From an uncultured Actinomycetota bacterium (GTDB lineage Bacteria; Actinomycetota; Actinomycetes; Mycobacteriales; CADCTP01), in assembly GCA_963766325.1 (NCBI GenBank), contig CAVXZF010000010.1, positions 160,517 to 224,516 on the forward strand: 64,000 nucleotides of DNA, written 5' to 3'. The stretch's first letter is position 1. Every line of letters starts with the position of its first letter. The notes beneath the pieces are model-generated. The model made no database searches. It saw nothing but the letters and a program-made list of their open reading frames with translations, and was not told the origin of the DNA. Positions 19,759 through 28,257 of the stretch are shown here, one piece after another. The position numbers and the translations under genes are program-made.

Positions 19759-19772
19759 CGCCACCTGATTGC

Positions 19773-19902
19773 CGTTCACCGATCGCACGATCGGGAAGAG
19801 TGCCGGTCAGCGGTGTGTGCCAAGTCACTCAGCGCAGCCCCGGCACCGCTCGGCGCACCACCGGTCCGGGGGCCGCAGGCCGGTCCTGGGTCTCCCTACG
19901 GT
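19773..19902 (+). promoter_or_regulatory. Imperfect direct repeats (probable LytTR binding sites) and -10 TACGGT upstream of DUF485-actP
   Basis: cggtcagcggt (19804), cactcagcgca (19826), cgctcggcgca (19847): 21-22 bp spacing, as typical of LytTR boxes. Confidence 0.55.
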
Positions 19903-19942
19903 TCCGCTGACGAGCTGCCGTCGACCCTGGAGGTGGCCAACG

Positions 19943-20308
19943 ATGACAAGCAGCGAAACCCGGCCGGGCCCGGACGTGGGCCCCGGACGGCACGTACCGA
20001 CCGACGATGACTACGCCCGCATGGAGTCGGACGCCCGGTTCATCGAGCTCCGCCGCCGGTTCCGCGCCTTCTCCTTCCCGGCGACGGTCGTGTTCCTTGC
20101 CTGGTATCTGCTCTACGTACTGATGTCCGCGTACGCCCGCGACTTCATGGACACGAAGGTGGTCGGCAACCTCAACGTCGCCTTCTTCTTCGGCATCCTG
20201 CAGTTCGTCTCCACCTTCCTGATCGCGTACCTCTACTCGCGGTACGCCAACCGGAAGCTGGACCCGCTGGCCGACGAGCTCTACCGCGACCTGGGAGGCC
20301 GCCGGTGA
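19943..20308 (+). CDS. DUF485 (YjcH-like) membrane protein
   Basis: FIELRRRFRAFSFP...QFVSTF...DPLA; GGAGG SD. Confidence 0.88.
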   Translation: MTSSETRPGPDVGPGRHVPTDDDYARMESDARFIELRRRFRAFSFPATVVFLAWYLLYVLMSAYARDFMDTKVVGNLNVAFFFGILQFVSTFLIAYLYSRYANRKLDPLADELYRDLGGRR

Positions 20309-21954
20309 ACGGCGTGACGACCGTCCTCGCCGCGAGCGCGGACACCCGCCGGGGACTGACCATCGCCCTGTTCGCGGTGTTCATCGCGGTCACCCTCTAC
20401 ATCACGTTCTGGGCCAGCCGGCAGAACAAGACCGCCGCCGACTTCTACGCCGGCGGCCGGTCGTTCTCCGGCTTCCAGAACGGGCTGGCGATCGGCGGCG
20501 ACTACATGTCGGCGGCGTCGTTCCTCGGCATCGCCGGGCTCATCGCGCTGTACGGCTACGACGGCTTCCTCTACTCGATCGGCTTCCTGGTGGCGTGGCT
20601 GGTCGCGCTCCTGCTGGTCGCCGAGCTGCTGCGGAACTCCGGCCGCTACACGATGGGCGACGTGCTCGCCTTCCGGATGCGGCAGCGCCCGGTCCGGACC
20701 GCGGCCGGTGTCTCCACCATCACCGTGTCGATCTTCTACCTGATCGCGCAGATGGTCGGCGCCGGCGCGCTGGTCGCGCTGCTGCTCGGCATCAAGTCCG
20801 GGGAGACCTTCCTCGGCATGTCGCAGGGCACCGCGAAGAACGTCACGATCATCATCGTGGGCGCGCTGATGATCCTCTACGTCACCGTCGGCGGCATGCG
20901 CGGCACGACCTGGGTGCAGATCGTCAAGGCCGGCCTGCTGATGACCGGCGCGATCCTCATGACGCTGTTCGTGCTGGCGAAGTTCAACTTCAACCCGTCC
21001 AGCCTGCTCGGCGCGGCGGCGGACCAGAGCGGCAAGGGCGATGCCTTCCTCAACCCGGGGCTGCGGTACGGCGCCGGCGACTGGAAGACCAAGATCGACC
21101 TGATCAGCCTGGGCCTCGCGCTGGTGCTGGGCACCGCGGGCCTGCCGCACATCCTGATCCGCTTCTACACCGTGCCCACGGCGCGTGACGCGCGCCGCTC
21201 GGTCAACTGGGCGATCGGCATCATCGGCAGCTTCTACCTGCTGACGCTGGCGCTCGGCTTCGGCGCGGCGGCCCTGGTGGGGACGAACGCGATCCGCGCC
21301 GCCAACCCGGGTGGCAACACCGCCGCCCCGCAGCTGGCCGAGGAGTTGGGTGGTGGCGTCGGCACCACCGGCGGCGCGATCTTCCTCGCCTTCATCGCCT
21401 CGGTCGCGTTCGCGACGATCCTGGCCGTGGTGGCCGGGCTCACGCTGGCCTCTTCGTCCTCGGTGGCGCACGACATCTACGCCAACGCGGTCCGCAAGGG
21501 CGAGGTCGGGGAGAAGGACGAGGTCCGGGTCGCCCGGATCGCGGCGCTGGTCATCGGCGCGGTCGCCATCGTGCTGTCGATCTTCGCGCAGAACCTCAAC
21601 GTCGCCTTCCTGGTGGCGCTGGCGTTCGCGGTCGCGGCATCGGCGAACCTGCCGGCGATCCTCTACAGCCTCTTCTGGCGGCGCTTCAACACGCAGGGCG
21701 CGGTCTGGGCGATCTACGGCGGCCTGATCACCGCGGTGTTCCTGGTGATCTTCTCGCCGGTGGTCTCCGGCAAGGCCACCGCGATGATCAGCGACCGGGA
21801 CTTCGCCTGGTTCCCGCTGGAGAACCCGGGGATCATCTCCATCCCGGCCGGCTTCTTCTTCGGCTGGCTCGGCACCGTGCTGTCCAAGGAGCGGGACGAC
21901 GTCAAGTACAACGAGCTGGAGGTGCGCTCGCTCACCGGAGCCGGTGCGCACTAG
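20305..21954 (+). CDS. actP: Cation/acetate symporter ActP
   Basis: QNGLAIGGDYMSAASFLG, GTAGLPHILIRFYTVP, FATILAVVAGL. Confidence 0.9.
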   Translation: MNGVTTVLAASADTRRGLTIALFAVFIAVTLYITFWASRQNKTAADFYAGGRSFSGFQNGLAIGGDYMSAASFLGIAGLIALYGYDGFLYSIGFLVAWLVALLLVAELLRNSGRYTMGDVLAFRMRQRPVRTAAGVSTITVSIFYLIAQMVGAGALVALLLGIKSGETFLGMSQGTAKNVTIIIVGALMILYVTVGGMRGTTWVQIVKAGLLMTGAILMTLFVLAKFNFNPSSLLGAAADQSGKGDAFLNPGLRYGAGDWKTKIDLISLGLALVLGTAGLPHILIRFYTVPTARDARRSVNWAIGIIGSFYLLTLALGFGAAALVGTNAIRAANPGGNTAAPQLAEELGGGVGTTGGAIFLAFIASVAFATILAVVAGLTLASSSSVAHDIYANAVRKGEVGEKDEVRVARIAALVIGAVAIVLSIFAQNLNVAFLVALAFAVAASANLPAILYSLFWRRFNTQGAVWAIYGGLITAVFLVIFSPVVSGKATAMISDRDFAWFPLENPGIISIPAGFFFGWLGTVLSKERDDVKYNELEVRSLTGAGAH

Positions 21955-22081
21955 GCCCTAACCGGCCCGCCGCCCGGCGGGCTCCCGGAACCGCGGCGTC
22001 GGTGGGTGGTCGGTCCCCCCATCGGCGCCGCGCCGTGTGCCGGGCTGTGTGCCGGGTCCGGTCCGCGGGTAGCGCTGTGCC

Positions 22082-22300
22082 ATGACCGAGAGCAGGTTCG
22101 ACCGCGAGGACGACGTGGACACCGACGACCAGCTGGCCAACAGCCGCGCCACCGGTGGCGACCCGGGGCAGCGCGGCGACTCCGGCTCGACCACCGGCAC
22201 GGGCGAGAACGAGGAGTTCGTCGGGCGGACCGCCGGTCAGGACCTCGGGTACGAGGCGGAGACCGGCGCCGAGGCACGCGCGCAGGGTGGGTCCAGCTGA
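22082..22300 (+). CDS. Small acidic hydrophilic protein
   Basis: GC3-rich ORF; STTGTGENEEFVGRTAGQDLGYEAETGAEARA. Confidence 0.7.
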   Translation: MTESRFDREDDVDTDDQLANSRATGGDPGQRGDSGSTTGTGENEEFVGRTAGQDLGYEAETGAEARAQGGSS

Positions 22301-22481
22301 CGCCCGCTGTCTCCCCGGTCAGCAGCGCCCAGTAGCATCGACCCCTCCGAGAGAGTGACGGCCGGCGTCCCCGGGCGGGTGACGTCGGGACCGTCGGTTA
22401 CCGGAAGGGGTCGGATGCGGGTGCACGGCGGCGACGGCGGCGGGGGCCTGCACGGCGGCGGCGACGGCGGCGGCGGCTGAT

Positions 22482-23576
22482 CTAGGCGGCAGGGGTCTGA
22501 GGTCCGTCCAGCGGGCGGGCCCACCAGAGCTCCCAGCTGTAGCGCTCCGGCAGCGGCTCGTCGCAGGTCCACCGGTAGCGCAGTGACCCGTCCGGCCCGG
22601 TCAGCCGCTTGAGTTCGTGGTTGTCCCGGTCCCGGACGAAGACGTCGTCCCCCGCCTCGGGCGGGAAGTCGAAGTTCACCGTCAGCCGGGCCAGCGTCGA
22701 CCGGCTCGGGTCCGCCACCCGCGGCGACGGGGTCCAGGTCAGCCGGTCGTGCCCGGTGCCCCGCAGGGTGTCCCACATCCCGCGCATCCGGTAGCGCGCG
22801 TACCAGCCGGTGGGCTCCGCGATGCTCGGCGTGAAGACGAACATGCAGCGCAGCAGCCCCGGCTTCTCGGTGAGCGCGATCTGGCGGATCGCGGTCCGGT
22901 CGTCCTCCGAGCGGGTCACCATGTCCACCTCGGCCAGCGTCACCGTCTCGGCGTCCAGCGCGGTCGGCGCGGTCAGCCGGCCTTGCAGGAACGGCAGGCT
23001 GGCGCCGCCGTCCGGGCAGGTGTGCCGGTGCTCCACCACCCGGTCCCCGTCCGCGGCGGTGCCGATCAGGTACGTCAGCTCGACGTCGTCGGTGTACGGC
23101 GCCGGGTAGCCGAGCCACATCTCGTGCAGCGCGGACAGCACCGCGGCGTGCCGGGCCCGCAGCGTCTGGCTGCCGGCCGCCTCGGCGGCCGACCGGGCCG
23201 ACCGCTCGGTCGCCCGGGCGACGTCCTCCCGGGCCGCGCCCAGCTCCTCCTGGTGCCGTGCCTGCTGGAGCTGGAGCTCGGCCTGGTGCCGCATCCGGAT
23301 CCCGGCCGCGGCGAGCTGACCGAGGAACACCAGCATCGAGATCGCCACCAGGGTGACGAGCAGGTAGCGGCCGACCCCGTCAGCCCACACCGCCAGGCCG
23401 GTCGAGACGGCCGCGAGCAGCACGTTGCCCCCGACGGCGGTGGACCGCAGGGCGTGCGAGAAGTCCTTCCAGCCCAGACCGGTCGCAACCGGCGGCGGAG
23501 ATGACTGGTCCGTTCGGCTCAACTCCTTCCTCACTCGGTCCCTCCATTCGGCCCTTCCTCCCTTCACGGTAGTCAC
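22482..23576 (-). CDS. Hypothetical protein: 2 TM, helical linker, beta-rich C-terminal domain
   Basis: Long clean ORF with coding-like codon use; two hydrophobic segments then an Ala/Gln/Glu-rich linker; start uncertain. Confidence 0.75.
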   Translation of the reverse strand: MTTVKGGRAEWRDRVRKELSRTDQSSPPPVATGLGWKDFSHALRSTAVGGNVLLAAVSTGLAVWADGVGRYLLVTLVAISMLVFLGQLAAAGIRMRHQAELQLQQARHQEELGAAREDVARATERSARSAAEAAGSQTLRARHAAVLSALHEMWLGYPAPYTDDVELTYLIGTAADGDRVVEHRHTCPDGGASLPFLQGRLTAPTALDAETVTLAEVDMVTRSEDDRTAIRQIALTEKPGLLRCMFVFTPSIAEPTGWYARYRMRGMWDTLRGTGHDRLTWTPSPRVADPSRSTLARLTVNFDFPPEAGDDVFVRDRDNHELKRLTGPDGSLRYRWTCDEPLPERYSWELWWARPLDGPQTPAA

Positions 23577-23807
23577 TCAGTCACTCAGTGTCATATCACT
23601 TTGGTATCGATGCGACTAGCATGTCGGGCCTTCGTCACCTCTACGGGTGTTGACAGGGATGTGTCAGCGCGGTGAGGCTGTCGGCTGACCAGACCGCGTG
23701 CGGCACGGGCCCGCGGCCTGAGTCGATGGGCCGGATGGGCGCGGCGGGTCCCCGGTGCGATGTCCCTCGTCTCCCTCACTGAGGAGCAGGAATGACGCGG
23801 ACGGCTA

Positions 23808-23821
23808 TGGGAGCGCTCCCA
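23808..23821. promoter_or_regulatory. Perfect CebR/CelR (LacI family) operator TGGGAGCGCTCCCA
   Basis: Exact 14-bp palindrome known as the cellobiose-responsive operator of Streptomyces CebR and Thermobifida CelR. Confidence 0.75.
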
Positions 23822-23936
23822 CAGATGCGTCAGCGGTCACCGCGTACGTCGACGGCGGCGGGTCCGGGGCACCGAGCCCTGGCCCGGGGACTCCCCGTCC
23901 GGCCGGCCGGGCCGCCGCCCCGGCCGGCCGGGCGGG

Positions 23937-24098
23937 GGCACGGCACCGGCTGCCCGAGCGGGCGTCACGACCCCGGGCGGGCCCGCGCGGGGTCATGGCA
24001 CCGGCTGCCCGGGGTCGCGGCCCGGGCGGGCGCACGGCACCTGGCTGGCCGGGCGGAGGTCGTGACCCGGGCCGGCCGGGCGTGGGCACGGCACGGGG
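23937..24098. repeat. Degenerate tandem repeats (GGCACGGCACCGGCTGCCCG core)
   Basis: Core recurs near 23937, 23997, 24032 and 24085. Confidence 0.5.
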
Positions 24099-24113
24099 TG
24101 GCAGGATCGGCGG

Positions 24114-24446
24114 GTGCATCCCGGAGAGGTGCCGAGCGTGCAGCCGGCCCAGGTGAGTGACGGAGCGACGATCCTCGACGTCCGCGAGGACGACGAGTGG
24201 GCGGCCGGCCACATCGCCGGCTCCACCCACGTGCCGATGAGCGAGATCGTGCAGCGGGTGGCCGACGTGCCGGCCGCCGACCCGCTGCTCGTCGTCTGCC
24301 GGGTCGGCGCCCGCTCCGCGCAGGTCGCCGCCTGGCTGCGGGCCCAGGGCCGGGACGCGCACAACCTGGCTGGCGGCCTGCTCTCCTGGTCCGCAGCCGG
24401 CCGCCCCCTCGTCACCCCGGCCGGCACCCCCGGCGCCGTCGGCTAA
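24114..24446 (+). CDS. Rhodanese-like domain protein
   Basis: LDVREDDEWAAGHI, CRVGARS, NLAGG. Confidence 0.92.
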   Translation: MHPGEVPSVQPAQVSDGATILDVREDDEWAAGHIAGSTHVPMSEIVQRVADVPAADPLLVVCRVGARSAQVAAWLRAQGRDAHNLAGGLLSWSAAGRPLVTPAGTPGAVG

Positions 24447-26299
24447 GCGGGCTCGAGCAGGTGGTGGCCCTCCACCACCTGCAGGGCGAGGGTCTTGTAG
24501 CCGGCGGAGTCGAAGAGCACGACGATCCGGTCGCCCTCCTCGTACGTCTGGACGCTGCCCTCGCCCCACTCGGGGTGCCGGACCCGCTGGCCGAGCGCGA
24601 ACGGGCGGTCGTCGCTGTCCACGCTCTCGCCCCGGTCGCAGTTGTCGCAGTGCCCGCAGCGCTGCGGGTGGGACTCGCCGAGCAGCTCCAGCACGATCCG
24701 GCGGCGGCAGTCGGTGGTGTCCGCGTACGTGCGGACCATCTCGACCGCCGACTTCGCGTACTGCCGGTGCAGCTGGCGGCGGTCGGTGGCGGCCTGGGCC
24801 AGCTCGACGGCGGGCACGTCCCGGCGGGCCCGGCTGCCGGACACCTTCCGGTCCCGGCCGGAGCGGACCGCGCCGATGGCCTCCAGCTCGTTGAGGATCG
24901 CGGTGATCCGGGTGGCGGACAGCCCGGTGGACTCCGCCAGCGCCTTGCGCGAGATCGGCCCGTCCGCGCGGACGGCCTCCAGCACGCCGGTCAGCTCCGG
25001 CACGGTCGGTCCGCCGCCGCCGGCGAAGAACCGCGGCAGCGACAGGTCGGACGGCAGGTAGAACAGCGCCGCCCGGGCCGGCTCCTGGTCCCGACCGGCC
25101 CGGCCGATCTCCTGGTAGTACGCATCCAGCGAGTCCGGCGGCTCGGTGTGGAAGACGAAGCGCACGTCCGGCTTGTCCACCCCCATGCCGAAGGCGCTGG
25201 TCGCCACGATCACCTCGACCTTGCCGGACATGAAGGCGTCCTGGGCGGACTCGCGGTCGCCGCGGGACAGCCCGCCGTGGTAGTGGACCGCGTCCACCCC
25301 GTTGTCCCGCAGCAGCGCGGCGAGCTCCTCGGTCCGCCGGTGGGTGGCGGCGTAGACGATGCCGGGCCCGCCCGGCTCGACGCCGCCGGAGCCGGTGGGC
25401 AGCGTCGGGTGGTCCGACCGGGTGGTGCCGTCGATCTCCTCGTGGTCCGGCTCGCCGTGCAGCGACAGCAGCACCTGGCGGATCAGCTCGTCCCGCTTGG
25501 CGCCCTCGGAGCCGACCAGGTCGACGCCGAGCCAGATGTTCGGCCGGTCGGCGTCCCGGACGACGACCTCGGCGTCGCGCATCCGCAGCCGGCGGACGAT
25601 CTCCTCGCGGACCCGGGGGGACGCGGTGGCGGTCAGCGCGAGCAGCCGCGGCGAGCCGAGCGCGCGGACGACCGAGCCGAGCGCGAGGTAGTCGGGGCGG
25701 AAGTCGTGGCCCCAGTCGCTGATGCAGTGCGCCTCGTCGACCACGACCAGCGAGATCGGGGCCTTGCGCAGCTCGGCCAGCACCTCGTCGTTGGCCAGCT
25801 GCTCGGGCGCGAGCAGCAGGAACTCCAGCTCGCCGGCGGCGAAGTCGGCCAGCGCGGCGCGGCGCTGCCGGACCGGCAGGGTCGCGTTGAGCAGCGCCGC
25901 CTTTTCCCCGGCCCGGCCGAGCGCGCGCAGCTGGTCGTGCTGCAGCGCGATGGTCGGCGAGACGACCAGCGTGCCGCCGTCGATCAACTTGGCGGCGATC
26001 GTGTAGACCAGCGTCTTGCCGGTCCCGGAGGCGAGCACCGCGAGCGTGTCCCGCTCCAGCACGGCCTCGATCGCCTCGGCCTGACCCGGCCGGAAGTCGT
26101 CCGTGCCCACGACCTCACGGGCCGCGGCCCGCACCGCTGCGCTCGCCACGACCGGCTCGCTACCCGCTCGACCGCGCCCGCGAACCGGCGCCACCACCTC
26201 CGGCGGGTCCTCCGCGCCATCGGGTGGACCGGATGGGTCCGCCTCCTGCCGGCGGAGCAGCGTCGACCAGGCGGCGGCGAGGCGAGATCGGACGGACAC
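24443..26299 (-). CDS. recQ: RecQ family ATP-dependent DNA helicase
   Basis: GTGKT, DEAHCISDWGHDFRPDY, TATA, AFGMGVDK, QEIGRAGRD, CRR...CGHCDNC. Confidence 0.92.
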   Translation of the reverse strand: MSVRSRLAAAWSTLLRRQEADPSGPPDGAEDPPEVVAPVRGRGRAGSEPVVASAAVRAAAREVVGTDDFRPGQAEAIEAVLERDTLAVLASGTGKTLVYTIAAKLIDGGTLVVSPTIALQHDQLRALGRAGEKAALLNATLPVRQRRAALADFAAGELEFLLLAPEQLANDEVLAELRKAPISLVVVDEAHCISDWGHDFRPDYLALGSVVRALGSPRLLALTATASPRVREEIVRRLRMRDAEVVVRDADRPNIWLGVDLVGSEGAKRDELIRQVLLSLHGEPDHEEIDGTTRSDHPTLPTGSGGVEPGGPGIVYAATHRRTEELAALLRDNGVDAVHYHGGLSRGDRESAQDAFMSGKVEVIVATSAFGMGVDKPDVRFVFHTEPPDSLDAYYQEIGRAGRDQEPARAALFYLPSDLSLPRFFAGGGGPTVPELTGVLEAVRADGPISRKALAESTGLSATRITAILNELEAIGAVRSGRDRKVSGSRARRDVPAVELAQAATDRRQLHRQYAKSAVEMVRTYADTTDCRRRIVLELLGESHPQRCGHCDNCDRGESVDSDDRPFALGQRVRHPEWGEGSVQTYEEGDRIVVLFDSAGYKTLALQVVEGHHLLEPA

Positions 26300-26315
26300 G
26301 CCCGGAGCGTACGGC

Positions 26316-26660
26316 TCAGTCGAAAAGCTCCTCGAGGAAGGAGCGGCGCTTGTGCTTCTTGGAGTGGCGGTAGTGGTCGTCGTCGTACCGCTGGCGCTCG
26401 TCGTAGCGGGGCTCCGGGCGCGGCTGGTAGCGGGACTCCTCGTAGCGGGGACGTGCCTCGTACAGCGCCTCGTAGCGCGGCTCCGGCTTGCGACGCTCGC
26501 GGTCGTCGTCGCCGTACCACCCGTTCTCCGCCTTGACCAGCTTCTCCAGCTCGCCGCGGTCGAGGAAGAGGCCCTTGCACTCGGTGCACTGGTCCACCAC
26601 GACGCCGTTGCGCTCGTACTGGTGCATCACGTTGTGGCACTTGGGACACAGCAGGTTCAT
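26316..26660 (-). CDS. zf-TFIIB domain protein
   Basis: CPKC...DQCTECKGLFLDRGELEKL...KRRSFLEELFD. Confidence 0.9.
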   Translation of the reverse strand: MNLLCPKCHNVMHQYERNGVVVDQCTECKGLFLDRGELEKLVKAENGWYGDDDRERRKPEPRYEALYEARPRYEESRYQPRPEPRYDERQRYDDDHYRHSKKHKRRSFLEELFD

Positions 26661-26717
26661 GCCAAAGGAACGCCGCACCTGGCCACCGGCGTTCCCCGAC
26701 GCTACGGTGACATCACC

Positions 26718-26812
26718 ACACACACGGGAGCCCGACGCATCGGGCTGAGAGGGCGGCACAGCGGCCGCCGACCGTCGGAACCTGTCCGGGTCATGCCGGC
26801 GTAGGGAGCGTG
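26718..26812 (+). ncRNA. TPP riboswitch
   Basis: CGGGAG...GCTGAGA...GACCGT..GAACCTGTCCGGGTCATGCCGGCGTAGGGA; -10 TACGGT at 26703; upstream of an NCS1 permease. Confidence 0.95.
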
Positions 26813-26814
26813 CG

Positions 26815-28128
26815 ATGGCCGTCACTGACCGTTCCGCGGAAGCACCGGCGACGCTGGCCGAGGAGCAGCCCCGCTCGCTCGGCTTCACCGACCAGCTCGG
26901 GCTGTGGGCCAACCTGGGGATCAGCCTGCTGATCCCGGTCACCGCGACCTTCCTGGTCGCGCCGGGCCAGTCCTTCGTCGCCACCGTGGTCGCGATCGCC
27001 GCCGGCACCGCCATCGGCTGCGTGCTGCTCGGCCTGGTCGCCCGGGCCGGCGCGCTGACCGGGGCGCCGACCATGGTGCTGCTGCGGGGGCTGCTCGGCC
27101 GGCGCGGGTCGTTCCTGCCGACCGGCTTCAACCTGCTGCAGTGCGTCGGCTGGGCCACGTACGAGATCTGGATCATCGCCTTCGCCGCCCACGCGGTCTA
27201 CGACGGTCTTCCTCGCTGGGCGTACGTGCTGCTGGCCGGCGGGGTGGCGACGCTGATGGCGCTGCGCCCGCTCGGCTCGGTCCGGCTGCTCAAGCGGATC
27301 GCGGTGGTCGCGGTGGTGGCCAGCTCGGCGTACTTCCTCATCGAGACCGCCCGCCGCCCGCTCGGCGACCTGACCGAGGGCAGCTGGACCGGCTTCTGGG
27401 TGTCCATGGACCTGGTCATCGCGCTGCCGGTGTCGTGGATCCCGCTGGTCGCGGACTACTCGCGCTTCTCCCGGTCCGGGCGGGCCGCGGGACTCGGCAC
27501 CGGGCTGGGCTACGCGGTCTCGTCGGCCGCGTTCTTCCTGCTCGGGGTGCTGGCGCTGCGCGCGTACGGCACCGGGCCGGGCAACGACGTGGTCGGCGCG
27601 CTGCTCGCGGTCCCCGCGGGCGCGATCGCGCTGGTCATCCTGGCCGCCTGCGAGGTGGACGAGGCGTTCGCCAACATCTACTCGACCGCGACCAGCGCGC
27701 AGAACGTGGTGCCCCGCGCCGACCGGCGGCTGCTCGCGATCGGCGCCGGTGGGCTGGCCACCGTGCTGGCGCTGGCGGTGGACGGCGCGGCGTACGAGCC
27801 CTTCCTCTTCCTGATCGGCGCCGTCTTCGTGCCGCTGGCCGGCACGCTGGTGGTCGACTTCGCGCTGTCCCGCGGGTCGTACGACACGTCGGCGGACGCG
27901 CCGTCGCGGTGGCGGATGGTGGTGCCGTGGGCTGCCGGCTTCGTCGCCTACCAGCTGACGGCGCCGACGATCCTGGCCAAGTGGCCGGGCTGGGAGAACT
28001 TCTGGCGGGACGCGCAGGACCTGCTCGGCGTCTCCCCGACGAACGGCTTCTCCGCCTCGATCGTCGCGCTGGCGGTCGCCGGGGTGCTCACCCCGCTGGT
28101 CCGTGGGCGGCGTACGGTCCGAGCATGA
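26815..28128 (+). CDS. NCS1 family permease, CytX-like (probable thiamine precursor uptake)
   Basis: LWANLGISL, SWIPLVADYSRF, AFANIYS; under a TPP riboswitch. Confidence 0.88.
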   Translation: MAVTDRSAEAPATLAEEQPRSLGFTDQLGLWANLGISLLIPVTATFLVAPGQSFVATVVAIAAGTAIGCVLLGLVARAGALTGAPTMVLLRGLLGRRGSFLPTGFNLLQCVGWATYEIWIIAFAAHAVYDGLPRWAYVLLAGGVATLMALRPLGSVRLLKRIAVVAVVASSAYFLIETARRPLGDLTEGSWTGFWVSMDLVIALPVSWIPLVADYSRFSRSGRAAGLGTGLGYAVSSAAFFLLGVLALRAYGTGPGNDVVGALLAVPAGAIALVILAACEVDEAFANIYSTATSAQNVVPRADRRLLAIGAGGLATVLALAVDGAAYEPFLFLIGAVFVPLAGTLVVDFALSRGSYDTSADAPSRWRMVVPWAAGFVAYQLTAPTILAKWPGWENFWRDAQDLLGVSPTNGFSASIVALAVAGVLTPLVRGRRTVRA

Positions 28129-28214
28129 GCGTCTCCACCGTGGCCGAGATGGAGAAGCTGCGGTCCGGCCGGCTCGGTCGGCTCGTCACCTCCGCCCGGG
28201 GCCGCGACGTCTGA
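28125..28214 (+). pseudogene. Possible 5' remnant of a PPOX-class F420-dependent oxidoreductase
   Basis: ATGA-coupled 29-aa ORF MSVSTVAEMEKLRSGRLGRLVT resembles the MSxFTxAExxYLRSQRLGRLAT N-terminus of that family (from memory). Confidence 0.45.
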
Positions 28215-28257
28215 CCAGCGGTCAGGACCTGGCCGCAAGGGTCTCTAGGGTCGGGGC

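Noticed and set aside
22420-22480. GGCGGCGAC-rich short direct repeat
   Set aside because: Low-complexity GC repeat between convergent genes with no further signal.
23792-24160. ORF with an upstream GAGGAG overlapping the CebR box
   Set aside because: The product is low-complexity translation of the repeat tract and overlaps the rhodanese gene; not supported as a protein.
26380-26490. EPRY/ARYE-like repeats
   Set aside because: Ordinary low-complexity linker of the zf-TFIIB protein.
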